A stretch of 64,000 nucleotides of DNA from Ignavibacteriota bacterium (GTDB lineage Bacteria; Bacteroidota; Ignavibacteria; UBA10030): the NCBI GenBank assembly GCA_963701295.1, contig OY969585.1:1536001-1600000 (forward strand), in the 5' to 3' direction. The notes under the pieces are model-generated. The model was not told the DNA's origin. It searched no databases and was given only the letters and a program-made list of their open reading frames with translations. Below, one piece after another: positions 21,564-32,881 of this stretch; positions within the stretch are counted from its first letter, which is position 1, and each line of letters begins with the position of its first letter. Made by a program: the position numbers and the translations under genes.

Positions 21564-22358
21564 ATGCACGACATCTTGAACGCTATTTTCTTGGGCATTA
21601 TCGAAGGTGTCACAGAATTTCTCCCGATCTCCAGCACCGGACATCTCCTCATTGCAGAAAAGCTGGGATTGGGACACCGCTCGGATTTGTTCAACGTCGT
21701 TATTCAGGCGGGCGCCATTCTCGCTGTCACAATCATTTATTGGGAGCGGTTGGTTTCCCTTGTGACCGGTTTTGCCAAGAAGGAGAATCGGGACTACGCG
21801 CTCAAACTCCTCACGGCGTTCTTCATCACTGGCGTACTGGGGTTAATTGCCACCAAGCTCGGTTTCAAATTACCGGAGGCGATTACTCCAGTTGCGTGGG
21901 CTCTTCTTATCGGCGGCGTTTGGATTCTCGTTGCAGAGTGGCTTGCAGCAAAGAAGGCAGACAGGACCAACGTCAGCTGGCTTGTCGCCGTTGTTGCTGG
22001 GTTTGCACAGATTGTTGCAGCGATCTTTCCGGGTTCATCCCGCTCCGGCGTTACAATCTTTGCCTGCATGCTTGCCGGTACCAGCAACCGTGCAGCCGCA
22101 ACCGAATTCACATTCCTTATCGGCATTCCCACGATGTATGCGGCTAGCGGAAAACTTTTATGGGATGCGTACAAGCATGGCAGTGGAGGAGAGAACTGGG
22201 GCGAGCTTGGCATCGCGTTCATTGTTTCGACGATCACGGCATTCCTTGTTGTCAAATGGCTACTGCGATATATTCAAACGCATCGTTTCACACCTTTTGC
22301 CATCTACCGTATCATTCTTGGTGGAGCTATTCTCGCATTCTTCCTATTCGTTGGATAG
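21564..22358 (+). CDS. uppP: Undecaprenyl-diphosphate phosphatase
   Basis: GIIEGVTEFLPISSTGH, PGSSRSG, ATEFTF. Confidence 0.93.
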   Translation: MHDILNAIFLGIIEGVTEFLPISSTGHLLIAEKLGLGHRSDLFNVVIQAGAILAVTIIYWERLVSLVTGFAKKENRDYALKLLTAFFITGVLGLIATKLGFKLPEAITPVAWALLIGGVWILVAEWLAAKKADRTNVSWLVAVVAGFAQIVAAIFPGSSRSGVTIFACMLAGTSNRAAATEFTFLIGIPTMYAASGKLLWDAYKHGSGGENWGELGIAFIVSTITAFLVVKWLLRYIQTHRFTPFAIYRIILGGAILAFFLFVG

Positions 22359-22436
22359 TTCTGCATTATTTTTGAAAAAGATCCATCTCTTTTTTTTACA
22401 TCTTGTATCAGAGTGGACTTTTATCTCAGAGATTCT

Positions 22437-22904
22437 TTATCTCTTCCTCACATAATCGAGGAAGGAGAATCCAGCATGAAGTTCTTCTTGTATGAGTTGA
22501 AAATGTGTGTAGAGAAATTCCTGATACGGAGGAAAGTATGTATCTCCGTCAACTTCTCTATCAACCAGGGTTAAGCGCAGTTCATCAGCATATGGAAGAG
22601 CATCCGCAAATACCCGCCCTCCTCCAATTGCGAATACTCGCTTTTCATTTTTTAATGCTTGTAAAGCAAAGTCTAATGAGGGATAGGATTTTACGCCGTT
22701 GATGACTTTTGACGTGATTACAATATTAATTCGATTGGGAAGCGGGTTGTCGAGAGAATCAAATGTTCTGCGGCCCATTATGACTGTGTGACCGGTGGTA
22801 AGCTGCTTGAATCGCGCGAGGTCTTCCGGTATATGCCAGGGGAGTTTGCCGTTCTTGCCGATGACTCGGTTGCGGGCTATTGCAGCGATGATGACGAGTT
22901 TCAT
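22437..22904 (-). CDS. folA: Dihydrofolate reductase
   Basis: IGKNGKLPWHIPEDLARFK, VIMGRRT, IGGG, GDTYFP. Confidence 0.93.
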   Translation of the reverse strand: MKLVIIAAIARNRVIGKNGKLPWHIPEDLARFKQLTTGHTVIMGRRTFDSLDNPLPNRINIVITSKVINGVKSYPSLDFALQALKNEKRVFAIGGGRVFADALPYADELRLTLVDREVDGDTYFPPYQEFLYTHFQLIQEELHAGFSFLDYVRKR

Positions 22905-22931
22905 AGCCGGTCTCCTTTTGACCGGAGCAGT

Positions 22932-23861
22932 TTAGTCCTCAACCCATGGTGGGCGTATGCCAAGGAGTTTCATTTTCGCTTCGATTTCTTCCCGCTCGAT
23001 GTTGCGCTTCATCTCTTGTCCAAGAGGGGGAACAAGTCCGTACTCTTCTGCCACTGCTCGCGCGCCGGCTCTATCGCCTGCCTGCACACGTGAAATGATA
23101 GCGATCTCCTGTTTGGAAAGCTCTTCACCACCGAAGAGATAATCCTGAAATGCTTTCCACACCATCGGGCACCACTTACTGACGATCTCATTACCGATTG
23201 TCGCTGCATAGGAGCGAATTTCGTACTGCGCATGTGCTTCCATCCGGAGTGCAAGGAAATGAAGAAGATTGCGGAGGTCGATTTTCCAGTACGCTTCTGT
23301 ATACGTACTGAGCGTTAAATCCTTGCGTGCTTGTTCGCGTGCAATCCCCGCAGCGATGCGTTCGTTGTACACTTTGCGTGTGAATTCCTGCAACTCCGAT
23401 TCTTGCACAGAGAAATATTTTCCTTGCTCTGCTGAGAGAAGTCCGTCGCTTCCTTGCCGGTTTGTTGTACCCTGTGTCCGCCATTCTCCGGGTTTCGTTC
23501 TTTGCACCGCATCGACTGCAAGAGAATAGCGGGTAGAATATTCATTGACATTTGCAGTGCGGTGCCGGATCCATTGGCGCCAGCAATCCATCGGAACGCG
23601 AATGTGTAATTTGATTTCGCACATCTCGAAAGGCGTCGTGTGATGATGACGGAGCAGATACCGGATGAGTGTTTCATCTTCGCGGAGTTTCTTTGTGCCT
23701 TTGCCGTATGAAACACGTGCTGCCTGCACGACGGACGAATCATTTCCCATATAATCGACCACACGCACAAATCCATCATCGAGAACCTTAAAAGGAACTC
23801 CGAGAATCTCATCTATCTCTTTGACAACTGTGCGCTCCAGTTTTTCGACAGTTTGTTCCAT
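22932..23861 (-). CDS. thyX: FAD-dependent thymidylate synthase
   Basis: AARVSY, HTTPFE, RQWIRHRTANVNEYSTRY (ThyX motif), EQAR, HAQYEIR. Start taken at ATG 23861, just after the speB stop. Confidence 0.93.
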   Translation of the reverse strand: MEQTVEKLERTVVKEIDEILGVPFKVLDDGFVRVVDYMGNDSSVVQAARVSYGKGTKKLREDETLIRYLLRHHHTTPFEMCEIKLHIRVPMDCWRQWIRHRTANVNEYSTRYSLAVDAVQRTKPGEWRTQGTTNRQGSDGLLSAEQGKYFSVQESELQEFTRKVYNERIAAGIAREQARKDLTLSTYTEAYWKIDLRNLLHFLALRMEAHAQYEIRSYAATIGNEIVSKWCPMVWKAFQDYLFGGEELSKQEIAIISRVQAGDRAGARAVAEEYGLVPPLGQEMKRNIEREEIEAKMKLLGIRPPWVED

Positions 23862-23862
23862 T

Positions 23863-24762
23863 CTATAATGCGTAGTTAAGAATTTTAGAAACAAGTTTTG
23901 CCGTTGTCACATCAGCGTGAGGCAGCAGTTTGATGGGTGCCAATTCAACTACATCGAAGCCCACAATGTGCCGTTTGCGGCCGACCCTTCGGATACATTG
24001 CATCACTTCGTCCCAAAAGAGACCATTTGGTTCCGGGGTTCCTGTTGCTGGCATGAGAGATGGATCGAATGCATCGACATCGAATGAGATGTATACGTCA
24101 TCCGTCAATTTTTCTGCAACAAAGTCGTCCCAGTATTTCAAGATTTTGGAGTAGCTGCCCTGGCGTATCTCGTGCGCGTAAAATGTGTGAATACCGTGGT
24201 CACGAATGAACTCCGCTTCCTCTTTGCATTGTGCCCGGATGCCTACTTGTACCAACCGATTCGGATCCAAAAATTCGCATACACGTGCCATCACCGAGGC
24301 GTGGCTGTATTTATTTCCTTTATACTCGGGACGAAGGTCGGAGTGTGCGTCGAATTGCAGGACAGAGAGATTGGGATACAATTTTGCATGTGCTGCAATG
24401 ACAGCGGAAGAGATTGTGTGTTCGCCTCCAAGCGTCACAACAAATTTCTGCCGCTCGACCATATGGAGAACGGTGTCGTACATAAGCTGCAATGCGGCTT
24501 CATCCTTTTTCTTTTCAAGAACAAGCGGGGAAAGCGTGGTGATTCCGTGTTCCTTGTAGATTTCGCGTTTTGTTTCCTCATCGAAAAATTCAACATAGTG
24601 CGATGCCTTCAGGATTGCATCCGGACCTTTCTTGGTTCCGCCGCCGTAACTCACGGTGCGCTCGTACGGTGCCGGCAGCACAACAACCTTTGAAGTCTCA
24701 AACGTGGAATATTGTTTTTCTATACCGAGGAAATTGTGTTTGCTATCAAGTACCTTTACCAT
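23863..24762 (-). CDS. speB: Agmatinase
   Basis: GGEH, DAHSD, DVDAFD, GTPEP; start ATG 24762 after GGAGAAGG. Confidence 0.9.
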   Translation of the reverse strand: MVKVLDSKHNFLGIEKQYSTFETSKVVVLPAPYERTVSYGGGTKKGPDAILKASHYVEFFDEETKREIYKEHGITTLSPLVLEKKKDEAALQLMYDTVLHMVERQKFVVTLGGEHTISSAVIAAHAKLYPNLSVLQFDAHSDLRPEYKGNKYSHASVMARVCEFLDPNRLVQVGIRAQCKEEAEFIRDHGIHTFYAHEIRQGSYSKILKYWDDFVAEKLTDDVYISFDVDAFDPSLMPATGTPEPNGLFWDEVMQCIRRVGRKRHIVGFDVVELAPIKLLPHADVTTAKLVSKILNYAL

Positions 24763-24909
24763 AATTCCTTCTCCAAAAAATTGTGTTCCAATATATCTCA
24801 AACCTGATGGAAAAGCAAGCATCTGAGTATGCAGGATCTGAAAAAGTAAGCTTTGAGAAAGCGAACTTGACAAAGAGGGCTTTTGTTCCGATAATAACAA
24901 CACACTCTT

Positions 24910-25432
24910 ATGAAATCATCCATACGACTATATAGTTTTTTTACAGTTCTTGTATCGCTCTGGTGTATTGGAATTCTTGCCGCTCCGCTCCTGAAGCATG
25001 CCGGCTGGACGCAAAGCGCAGATATGCTTTACTCGTTCTTCTCGCGTGTCTGCCACCAAGACGATGCACGTTCCTTCCATGTCGAAGGAGAGAAAATCGG
25101 CGTATGTATTCGCTGTGCTGCTATATATTTTGGATTCCTTTTGGGATTGATTACCTTGCCTTTGTCGCGCGCATTGAAGCGGAAAAAAATTCCTGCAATG
25201 AGATTCTTTCTCCTCGCGGTTCTTCCAATGGTTGTTGATGTCGGTACTGAATGCCACTGGTATTCATGCGAGCACGCCGATAACTCGAGTTATCACTGGT
25301 GCTTTGTTTGGCATGAGCATGCCATGGTTTGTTGTCCCAATTTTTATTGAAGCGTGTCTGCAACTCAATCATCGAAATAAAAACCATTCACCAGATTCCG
25401 GAGTCGTTCCCTATGCTCGAAAAACCCAGTAA
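24910..25432 (+). pseudogene. DUF2085 membrane protein with a +1 frameshift
   Basis: CHQ..RS and CIRC motifs. One extra G near 25243 (GATGTCgGTACTG) splits the expected PMVVDV-VLNATG...RVITGALFG across two frames. Confidence 0.7.
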
Positions 25433-25961
25433 ACTACGCGCCGCTCTTCTTGGCGGACTCATTGTCGGCGCTATTTCAGGCCTTCCAGGCCTAAATTTTC
25501 TGAACTGTTGCTGTTGTGCCGGAATTCTTTTCGGCGGGGCAATGTCGGTCTATCTCTATCGTCAGGAATTTACAGATGAAATGCCTCCGATGGAATCTTC
25601 CGATGCGTTGGTTTTGGGAATTATCGCCGGCATTATCGGTGCGCTGATCACAACGTTCCTGAGCGCAATGATTTCTCTCATCCTTGGGCCTGTAGAAACA
25701 GAGATGGTGCGTACCTTTGTAGAGAAATTTGGACAGAAGCTTGAAAATTCTAGATCACTTCCATCAGGCACGATGGATGATCTACGTGACAAATTGGAGT
25801 TGGCAATGAAAGAAGGAGGAACGATCGGCGGTATTCTCCGCTCGCTTGTCTATGCGCTGATTCTCTATCCGATTTTTTCTATGCTTGGTGGGCTGATTGG
25901 ATTTGGAATTTTCGGAAAGAAAAAATCGACGGTTCCACCAATGCCGCCGATGCAACAATGA
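25413..25961 (+). CDS. Membrane protein with NCCCCAG motif
   Basis: ATG 25413 after GGAG; four TM segments; four consecutive Cys. Confidence 0.75.
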   Translation: MLEKPSKLRAALLGGLIVGAISGLPGLNFLNCCCCAGILFGGAMSVYLYRQEFTDEMPPMESSDALVLGIIAGIIGALITTFLSAMISLILGPVETEMVRTFVEKFGQKLENSRSLPSGTMDDLRDKLELAMKEGGTIGGILRSLVYALILYPIFSMLGGLIGFGIFGKKKSTVPPMPPMQQ

Positions 25962-26013
25962 AGCAGTACCGAAACTGTCATCTTGAAATGAAAGTATTTT
26001 TGGTTTTGATAAT

Positions 26014-26101
26014 TATCAACGGCGCAGTCCGATCCCGCGAAGCGGGATCGCGATCGCGTGGAGCTAAAAAACACAACGGACTTATGCACCGTCCGTTAGG
26101 C
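26014..26101 (+). repeat. Degenerate attC-like imperfect inverted repeat with central hairpin
   Basis: AAC-GGCGCAGTCCG ... CGGACT-TA-TGCACCGT-CC-GTTAGGC (GTTRRRY end); central GATCCCGC-GAA-GCGGGATC; ORF starts 14 nt after it. Confidence 0.45.
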
Positions 26102-26115
26102 AAAGAAAGGAAAGT

Positions 26116-26553
26116 ATGAGTATTCACATCCCACATCCTCGAATTGGGGAAAGGTCCAAAATAGGTCCTCATCTCACAAAGCATGAGCACGTTGGACTTA
26201 ATGGTCGTATAGCAATGCTAATAACCAATATGGTAAGCACAATGTGGTGTGCTTATCTTTTCGCTATCATAGCTTTGATAAGTCTCCCTGCGGCTATTGC
26301 GGGAGGGACTGCTACCCTCGTGTCCTGGCTTGCCCAGACATTTCTACAATTAGTTCTCCTTTCGGTTATTATGGTGGGACAAAAAGTGGCGGCCCGGGCT
26401 TCTGACAAACAGGCATTACAAACATTTAAAGACACTGAAGCGCTGTTGAAAATTCAGGATGAACTCCACAAATTGATTAAGATTAATAATGAACTTACTG
26501 AAGAAATTCACAGTCTTTTAATAAAAAACAAAAATAATGTTAAATCACCTTAA
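26116..26553 (+). CDS. DUF1003-like membrane protein, possible integron cassette gene
   Basis: TMWCAYLF...WLAQTFLQLVLLSVIMVGQ followed by a coiled coil; AT-rich. Confidence 0.7.
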   Translation: MSIHIPHPRIGERSKIGPHLTKHEHVGLNGRIAMLITNMVSTMWCAYLFAIIALISLPAAIAGGTATLVSWLAQTFLQLVLLSVIMVGQKVAARASDKQALQTFKDTEALLKIQDELHKLIKINNELTEEIHSLLIKNKNNVKSP

Positions 26554-26573
26554 ACGGCAGTATCTTTACTGAT

Positions 26574-26729
26574 ATGCCAAATAATAATGATCAGATCAAT
26601 CGAACGGAAAACTGGAAAAATTATCGAATCCATGTTGATAAAATCGAAACCAGAACTGGTCTTGATTTCTTTTCGAATGGTCCAGCGTCACTACAAGCAG
26701 TGATAGAAGGTGTCACTGACAGTCTGTGA
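26574..26729 (+). pseudogene. C-terminal fragment of a DNA/RNA non-specific endonuclease (NucA-like)
   Basis: MPNNNDQINRTENWKNYRIHVDKIETRTGLDFFSNGPASLQAVIE resembles the NucA end MPN...W..Y.VSVD.IE..TG.DF.SN.P..Q..IE. Confidence 0.6.
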
Positions 26730-27036
26730 TTTCCGGATTATAGGGGGTAAGTCAATATCCTCCCCAAGAATGCCGATGGTTATTTCTTTGTTTCGATCGA
26801 CCTAAGAATTACAACATGGCGTTGGCGCGCTGTGGTGCATTTTGCTCACATAGGTTTAGCGCAGAATTGAAAGTGAAATGAGTGAACTTGGTTCGTGTAG
26901 TGCAAGTACTATGTCAAATCTCTTGGCGATTAGTCGTTCCAATATTTTATTTATGATTTTTATCGACTATTATTTCGTATAAATGAATATCAGATCATAC
27001 GGAGTTGCAGGATTTGTAAACTCTACCGGAGAAACT

Positions 27037-28617
27037 ATGAAGCTCTATCGACGGAAATGGATTATGTTGTTTTCATTATTATTCGGAATGAATACAGTAC
27101 ACGCGCAGCAGCTACACTACGTGCAGGTGCGTACCGTTAGCGGTGTATTGGAAGGTGTTGTCAGCCCTGACGGAAAAGTACGCACATTCAAGGGTATTCC
27201 TTATGCTGCGCCGCCTGTCGGTCCCTTGCGCTGGAAAGCGCCGCAACCGGCTCCTTCCTGGACTGGTGTCCGGAGAGCTGTGGACTACCCAAAGCGCGCT
27301 ATGCAGGGACGCGTCTTCAATGACATGGTCTTCAACGACGAAGGACCCAGCGAAGACTGCCTGTATCTTAATTTATGGATGCCGGAAAATTATCAGGGCA
27401 AGTTGCCAGTGATGGTCTGGATCCACGGTGGAGGTTTTGTAGCTGGGTCATCTTCCGAACCCCGCCAGGATGCCGGGAATCTGTCAAAGAAGGGCGTACT
27501 AGTAGTCAGCTTGAACTATCGGTTGGGAGTGTTTGGATTCTTCGCGCATCCTGAACTCACCAAAGAATCGGAACACAACGCGTCAGGCAACTATGGACTT
27601 CTGGATCAGGTCGCCGCACTCGAATGGATTAAAAAGAACATCGCCACATTCGGCGGTGATCCTGGCAATGTTACGATCTTCGGCGAATCGGCCGGTTCGT
27701 TATCGGTCAGCGCATTGATGGCATCGCCTCTTGCGCAAGGCCTCTTCAATCGTGCAATCGGGGAGAGCGGAGCATTCTTCGGCATCACACTTCCGCTGAA
27801 GTCGCGCGTTGAAGCTGAAAAGGCAGGCGTTGAATTTGCAGATTTGGCATTCGGGACAGCCTCTCTCGAAGTGTTGCGGGCCATGCCTGCCCAAAAAGTA
27901 CTCGATGCGGCATTGAAAGCGCCATGGGGGTCGTTCTCGCAGGACATCGATGGATACTTCTTGCCGATGGACTGTCGTTCAGTCTACGCAGCAGGCAAGC
28001 AAAGCCACATCCCGCTTTTAGCCGGATGGAATAAAGACGAAGGAAACTTCCAGGCCTTCTTTGCCGGCGATGAGCCGTCCGTCGCCAACTATATCGCGCA
28101 TGCTAAGGCACGGCTCGACAGCAACGCGGAGGCATTTCTGAAAGTCTATCCGGCAGCAACAGATGCAGAGGCAAAGCGGGCAGCGCAAGATTTCGCTGGG
28201 GACAATTTCATCGCCTACTCCACCTGGAAGTGGCTCGAAATGCAACTAAAGACTGGCGAGTCTCCGGTCTTCCGGTACGAGTTCGATCAAACACTTCCAC
28301 TGCCCGCAGATGCTAAACCGGGCGCAGAGCCAACAGCGTCACACTCCTGGGAAATCGAGTTCGTCTTCCAGGTGCTTTCATCGAAGAATTTGCCATGGCG
28401 ACCGGAGGACTATACGGTATCGGAACTAATGTCTTCCTACTGGACTAACTTCGCAAAGACGGGCAATCCGAATGGCCCGGATTTGCCATGGTGGCCGGAG
28501 TACAACAACAATAACGGTTACCAGGTGATGCATCTTGGAGGAGTTACCTCTGGCTCGACCCCAGACAAGTATCGGGACCGCTATGAATTTCTTGAGAACA
28601 TTAGCATGAAACCGTAA
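27037..28617 (+). CDS. Secreted carboxylesterase type B
   Basis: FKGIPYAAPPVGPLRW, SEDCLYLN, HGGGF, GESAG nucleophile; start ATG 27037 after GGAG. Confidence 0.92.
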   Translation: MKLYRRKWIMLFSLLFGMNTVHAQQLHYVQVRTVSGVLEGVVSPDGKVRTFKGIPYAAPPVGPLRWKAPQPAPSWTGVRRAVDYPKRAMQGRVFNDMVFNDEGPSEDCLYLNLWMPENYQGKLPVMVWIHGGGFVAGSSSEPRQDAGNLSKKGVLVVSLNYRLGVFGFFAHPELTKESEHNASGNYGLLDQVAALEWIKKNIATFGGDPGNVTIFGESAGSLSVSALMASPLAQGLFNRAIGESGAFFGITLPLKSRVEAEKAGVEFADLAFGTASLEVLRAMPAQKVLDAALKAPWGSFSQDIDGYFLPMDCRSVYAAGKQSHIPLLAGWNKDEGNFQAFFAGDEPSVANYIAHAKARLDSNAEAFLKVYPAATDAEAKRAAQDFAGDNFIAYSTWKWLEMQLKTGESPVFRYEFDQTLPLPADAKPGAEPTASHSWEIEFVFQVLSSKNLPWRPEDYTVSELMSSYWTNFAKTGNPNGPDLPWWPEYNNNNGYQVMHLGGVTSGSTPDKYRDRYEFLENISMKP

Positions 28618-28704
28618 AACACAAAACGCTCACTAATCGTCAAGCTTCAAAACTACAGTTAAGATAAAAGTCCCTTACTATCGGAAGGCTTCTGTAGGTG
28701 AGGA

Positions 28705-29232
28705 ATGAAGGTATTATTAGTTATCGATATGCAGGTAGGATCTTTTAAGCCGGAAATGTCGCGTTTTAATGCTGATGTTATTGTTCAGAGGATAAATTCA
28801 TTATTAAATGACTTCCAAAAAAATGGAGATAAGGTAATCTTCATTCAACATGATGGAATGAAGGAAAATTCCTTTCTCCCTGGTACATCTGATTGGAATA
28901 TTTTACCAACTTTAATTAAACGTCCGGACGATATTGTTCTCCGTAAAACGGCCAACATTCATTCTATGATACAGATTTAGAAACCGTATTGAAAAAATAT
29001 GAAATAATGGATTTATTTATTACTGGTTGTGCAACAGATTTTTATGTCGATGCGATAGTACATTCTGCTTTAAACAGGGATTATAATGTCGTCGTTGTTA
29101 AAGATTGCCATACAAGTCCTCATTTGAGTGCTAAAAAAGTGATTCAGCATCATAATTGGCTTTGGGAAAATATGATGCCTACGAATGGGGGAAATAAAAT
29201 TGATTTCATCAAAGGATTTGTTAAAAAAGTAA
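28705..29232 (+). pseudogene. Isochorismatase/cysteine hydrolase pseudogene
   Basis: VIDMQ start; -1 frameshift near 28957 (KTAN/D-SFY); catalytic TDFC changed to TDFY; second frameshift in the G run near 29190, with the natural end GEIKLISSKDLLKK* at 29232. Confidence 0.8.
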
Positions 29233-29323
29233 AACGCCACCTAACCCGCCGCTCAAACTCAGCTTTTCCAGAAGGAAGACATTACCAGTATTTGAAATTA
29301 TTAGCGTTACAGAAATAAAAGAA

Positions 29324-30208
29324 TTACTTTCCTGACTCGTTCAAGAGCATCAGCAAAGTTTTCGTGAATTCAAATGACATTTTCAGCGATGCCGGAGAGA
29401 CAAGCTTCGAACGATCCTCAAATGTATGCATGACGCCAAGAACTTTTGGCGTATCGATGGAGTCGGCTTTGTAGCTGTTATGCACAAACTTACTTAAACG
29501 CTCTGAGTCGCCTTTTGGAACGATCGAAATGGCAATATCCTGTAAATTGGATTTTGCAAACGATACCTGATCCGAACCGGGGAACTCCGCGCTTTCGAAG
29601 AAAGGGAACCCTGTTTTTTTTGCCGCTTCATGAACATAGCGGAGAAATGTTCGATTATTATCGCCGACCGGCCCTACATATACTTCCTCACCTGTGCCTT
29701 CAATATCGAGATTTATCATTGCAAAATGACACGCAGGGACGACAAACTGTGTGATATAATAATATGATCCGAGGAGTCCGGCTTCTTCCTGATCGAAGAA
29801 ACAAAAATCCACAGAGTAATTCCACTCCACATCCTGCAACTGTTTAATGAGAGAAAGCAAAACAGCAACGCCACTGCCGTTATCATTGGCGCCCGGAGAA
29901 TCCTCAAACGCATCATAGTGTGCACCGACAACGATCCGCTTTGTCCCTTTTCCGGTCCGAACGATAATATTTTCGCCCTTGATTATTGTTGTATCTTTTT
30001 TATTGACGACAATATGATTAAACGGCGCAGTGACGTACCCAACACCGAGAATATGTAATTGATTTTTGATGAACTCATTGCGTCCTATATGTGTTTTGCC
30101 TTCAATGCCCATAACAGATAATAACAGTTCATCTTCGATCGGCGTCTGAGCAAATATGAGTGAAGATGCGAGTATTGCAACAAAGAATAAAAGACAAGAA
30201 CGTTTCAT
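29324..30208 (-). CDS. Secreted M28 family metallopeptidase
   Basis: GAHYD, GANDNGSG, EEAGL, NLD, SDQ; signal peptide. Confidence 0.88.
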   Translation of the reverse strand: MKRSCLLFFVAILASSLIFAQTPIEDELLLSVMGIEGKTHIGRNEFIKNQLHILGVGYVTAPFNHIVVNKKDTTIIKGENIIVRTGKGTKRIVVGAHYDAFEDSPGANDNGSGVAVLLSLIKQLQDVEWNYSVDFCFFDQEEAGLLGSYYYITQFVVPACHFAMINLDIEGTGEEVYVGPVGDNNRTFLRYVHEAAKKTGFPFFESAEFPGSDQVSFAKSNLQDIAISIVPKGDSERLSKFVHNSYKADSIDTPKVLGVMHTFEDRSKLVSPASLKMSFEFTKTLLMLLNESGK

Positions 30209-30215
30209 AGAATCC

Positions 30216-31448
30216 TCATGTATTTAACCTTATGCGAAATGTTGTTTTGAACCCGGATTTACTCTCTTTGAGAAACAACTTACCGCCGTGATGCGACTCG
30301 ACGATGCGTTTTGATAAACTTAAACCTAAACCCCAACCGCGTTTCTTTGTCGAGAAGCCAGGGCGAAATACGTCGTTGCGATGTTTGAGGTCGATGCCTT
30401 TTCCGGTATCGGAGATATCGATGAAGCTATAGGTACCGTGTTTGGAAATGGAGTAGGCGATCGTTCCCTCGCCGTTTTCAATGGCATCAAGTGCGTTCTT
30501 TGTCAGATTCTCAATGACCCATTCAAATAACTCTCGGTTAATGCGTGCATATATCGGTCCCGGGGAATCAACGACAAGATGAACTTTCTTGCCAAGTTGG
30601 GGAATACGCCGCTGGAAATATTCTGTCACTTTACTGATGACTTCGGTAAGATTCTCTTTATGTAAATCCGGTTTGGAACCGATCTTCGAAAATCGATCAG
30701 CGATTTTTTGGAGACGATAGAGATCGGTCTCCATGTCGAGCAGCGTCCCCATTGCTTTTGTATCTCCGGTCGATTGATCTTTCAACAATTCTACCCAGCC
30801 GAGCATACTCGAAATCGGTGTTCCGAGTTGGTGTGCTGTTTCGCGCGCCATACCAACCCAGATGTTAGATTGCTCGCTTCGTTTGACATAGCTGAAACTG
30901 ATATAGCCGATGAGAATGAAGAGCGCCGCAACTGCAAGTTCAATATAGGGAAGCTGACGGAGCTGAATAATAAGTGTCGATTCGCCATAATGGAGATAAC
31001 TGAGAACGATCGTATCTTGATATGCAACCTTGATGGGCGGGCGAGAGTGGTCCATTTCGGTGATGAGGGCTTTGAGGAATTGGCGTTGTTCTTCCCGTGA
31101 TCGTGTTGAATCCAAAGAGACGTTCTTAATATTGTCCTTGTAAGGATATCCCGGTTCGTCGTTTCGGTCTGTCATTACGACGGGAAAGTCGATGGCATTG
31201 ATGATCTCAGAAAAGAGGAAATTGTAATCACCATCACCTGCTTTGCCGTTCGCAATATATTCATACGATTTGGCATAGAGATCAGCAACTTCTTTTTCTT
31301 TCTTGCTGAGCGCATTCACAAGGTCATGGGTGTACCACAATGTCGCTGCGATGATTGCAAAAGCGAGCACCAACAGGAAAATCTTCAATCTGCCGGAAAG
31401 TGGAATAGAACCGGTCGCAGCAGATTTGATAAGCGATGCTGTTTTCAT
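30216..31448 (-). CDS. Sensor histidine kinase (no adjacent response regulator)
   Basis: Two TM segments, ETAHQLGTP, NLTKNALDA, DTGKG, GWGLGLS. Confidence 0.92.
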   Translation of the reverse strand: MKTASLIKSAATGSIPLSGRLKIFLLVLAFAIIAATLWYTHDLVNALSKKEKEVADLYAKSYEYIANGKAGDGDYNFLFSEIINAIDFPVVMTDRNDEPGYPYKDNIKNVSLDSTRSREEQRQFLKALITEMDHSRPPIKVAYQDTIVLSYLHYGESTLIIQLRQLPYIELAVAALFILIGYISFSYVKRSEQSNIWVGMARETAHQLGTPISSMLGWVELLKDQSTGDTKAMGTLLDMETDLYRLQKIADRFSKIGSKPDLHKENLTEVISKVTEYFQRRIPQLGKKVHLVVDSPGPIYARINRELFEWVIENLTKNALDAIENGEGTIAYSISKHGTYSFIDISDTGKGIDLKHRNDVFRPGFSTKKRGWGLGLSLSKRIVESHHGGKLFLKESKSGFKTTFRIRLNT

Positions 31449-31463
31449 ACCAAATAGATAGAG

Positions 31464-32774
<1,311 letters not shown>

Positions 32775-32881
32775 TTAGTGGTTGATGGTGCTAATTCTAT
32801 GTTCATTTTAGAGAACTGGAAAATCATGCTCCAAAACTATTTAGCTATTTTTCGTATGAAAGACAAGTACAACACAAAACT

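Noticed and set aside
20237-22455. Long overlapping or antisense ORFs over marC, the SDR gene and uppP
   Set aside because: They lie entirely over well-supported genes and have no motifs.
28500-28516. AAC-rich run as a possible DGR template repeat
   Set aside because: It is only YNNNNG inside the esterase and has no similarity to either variable block.
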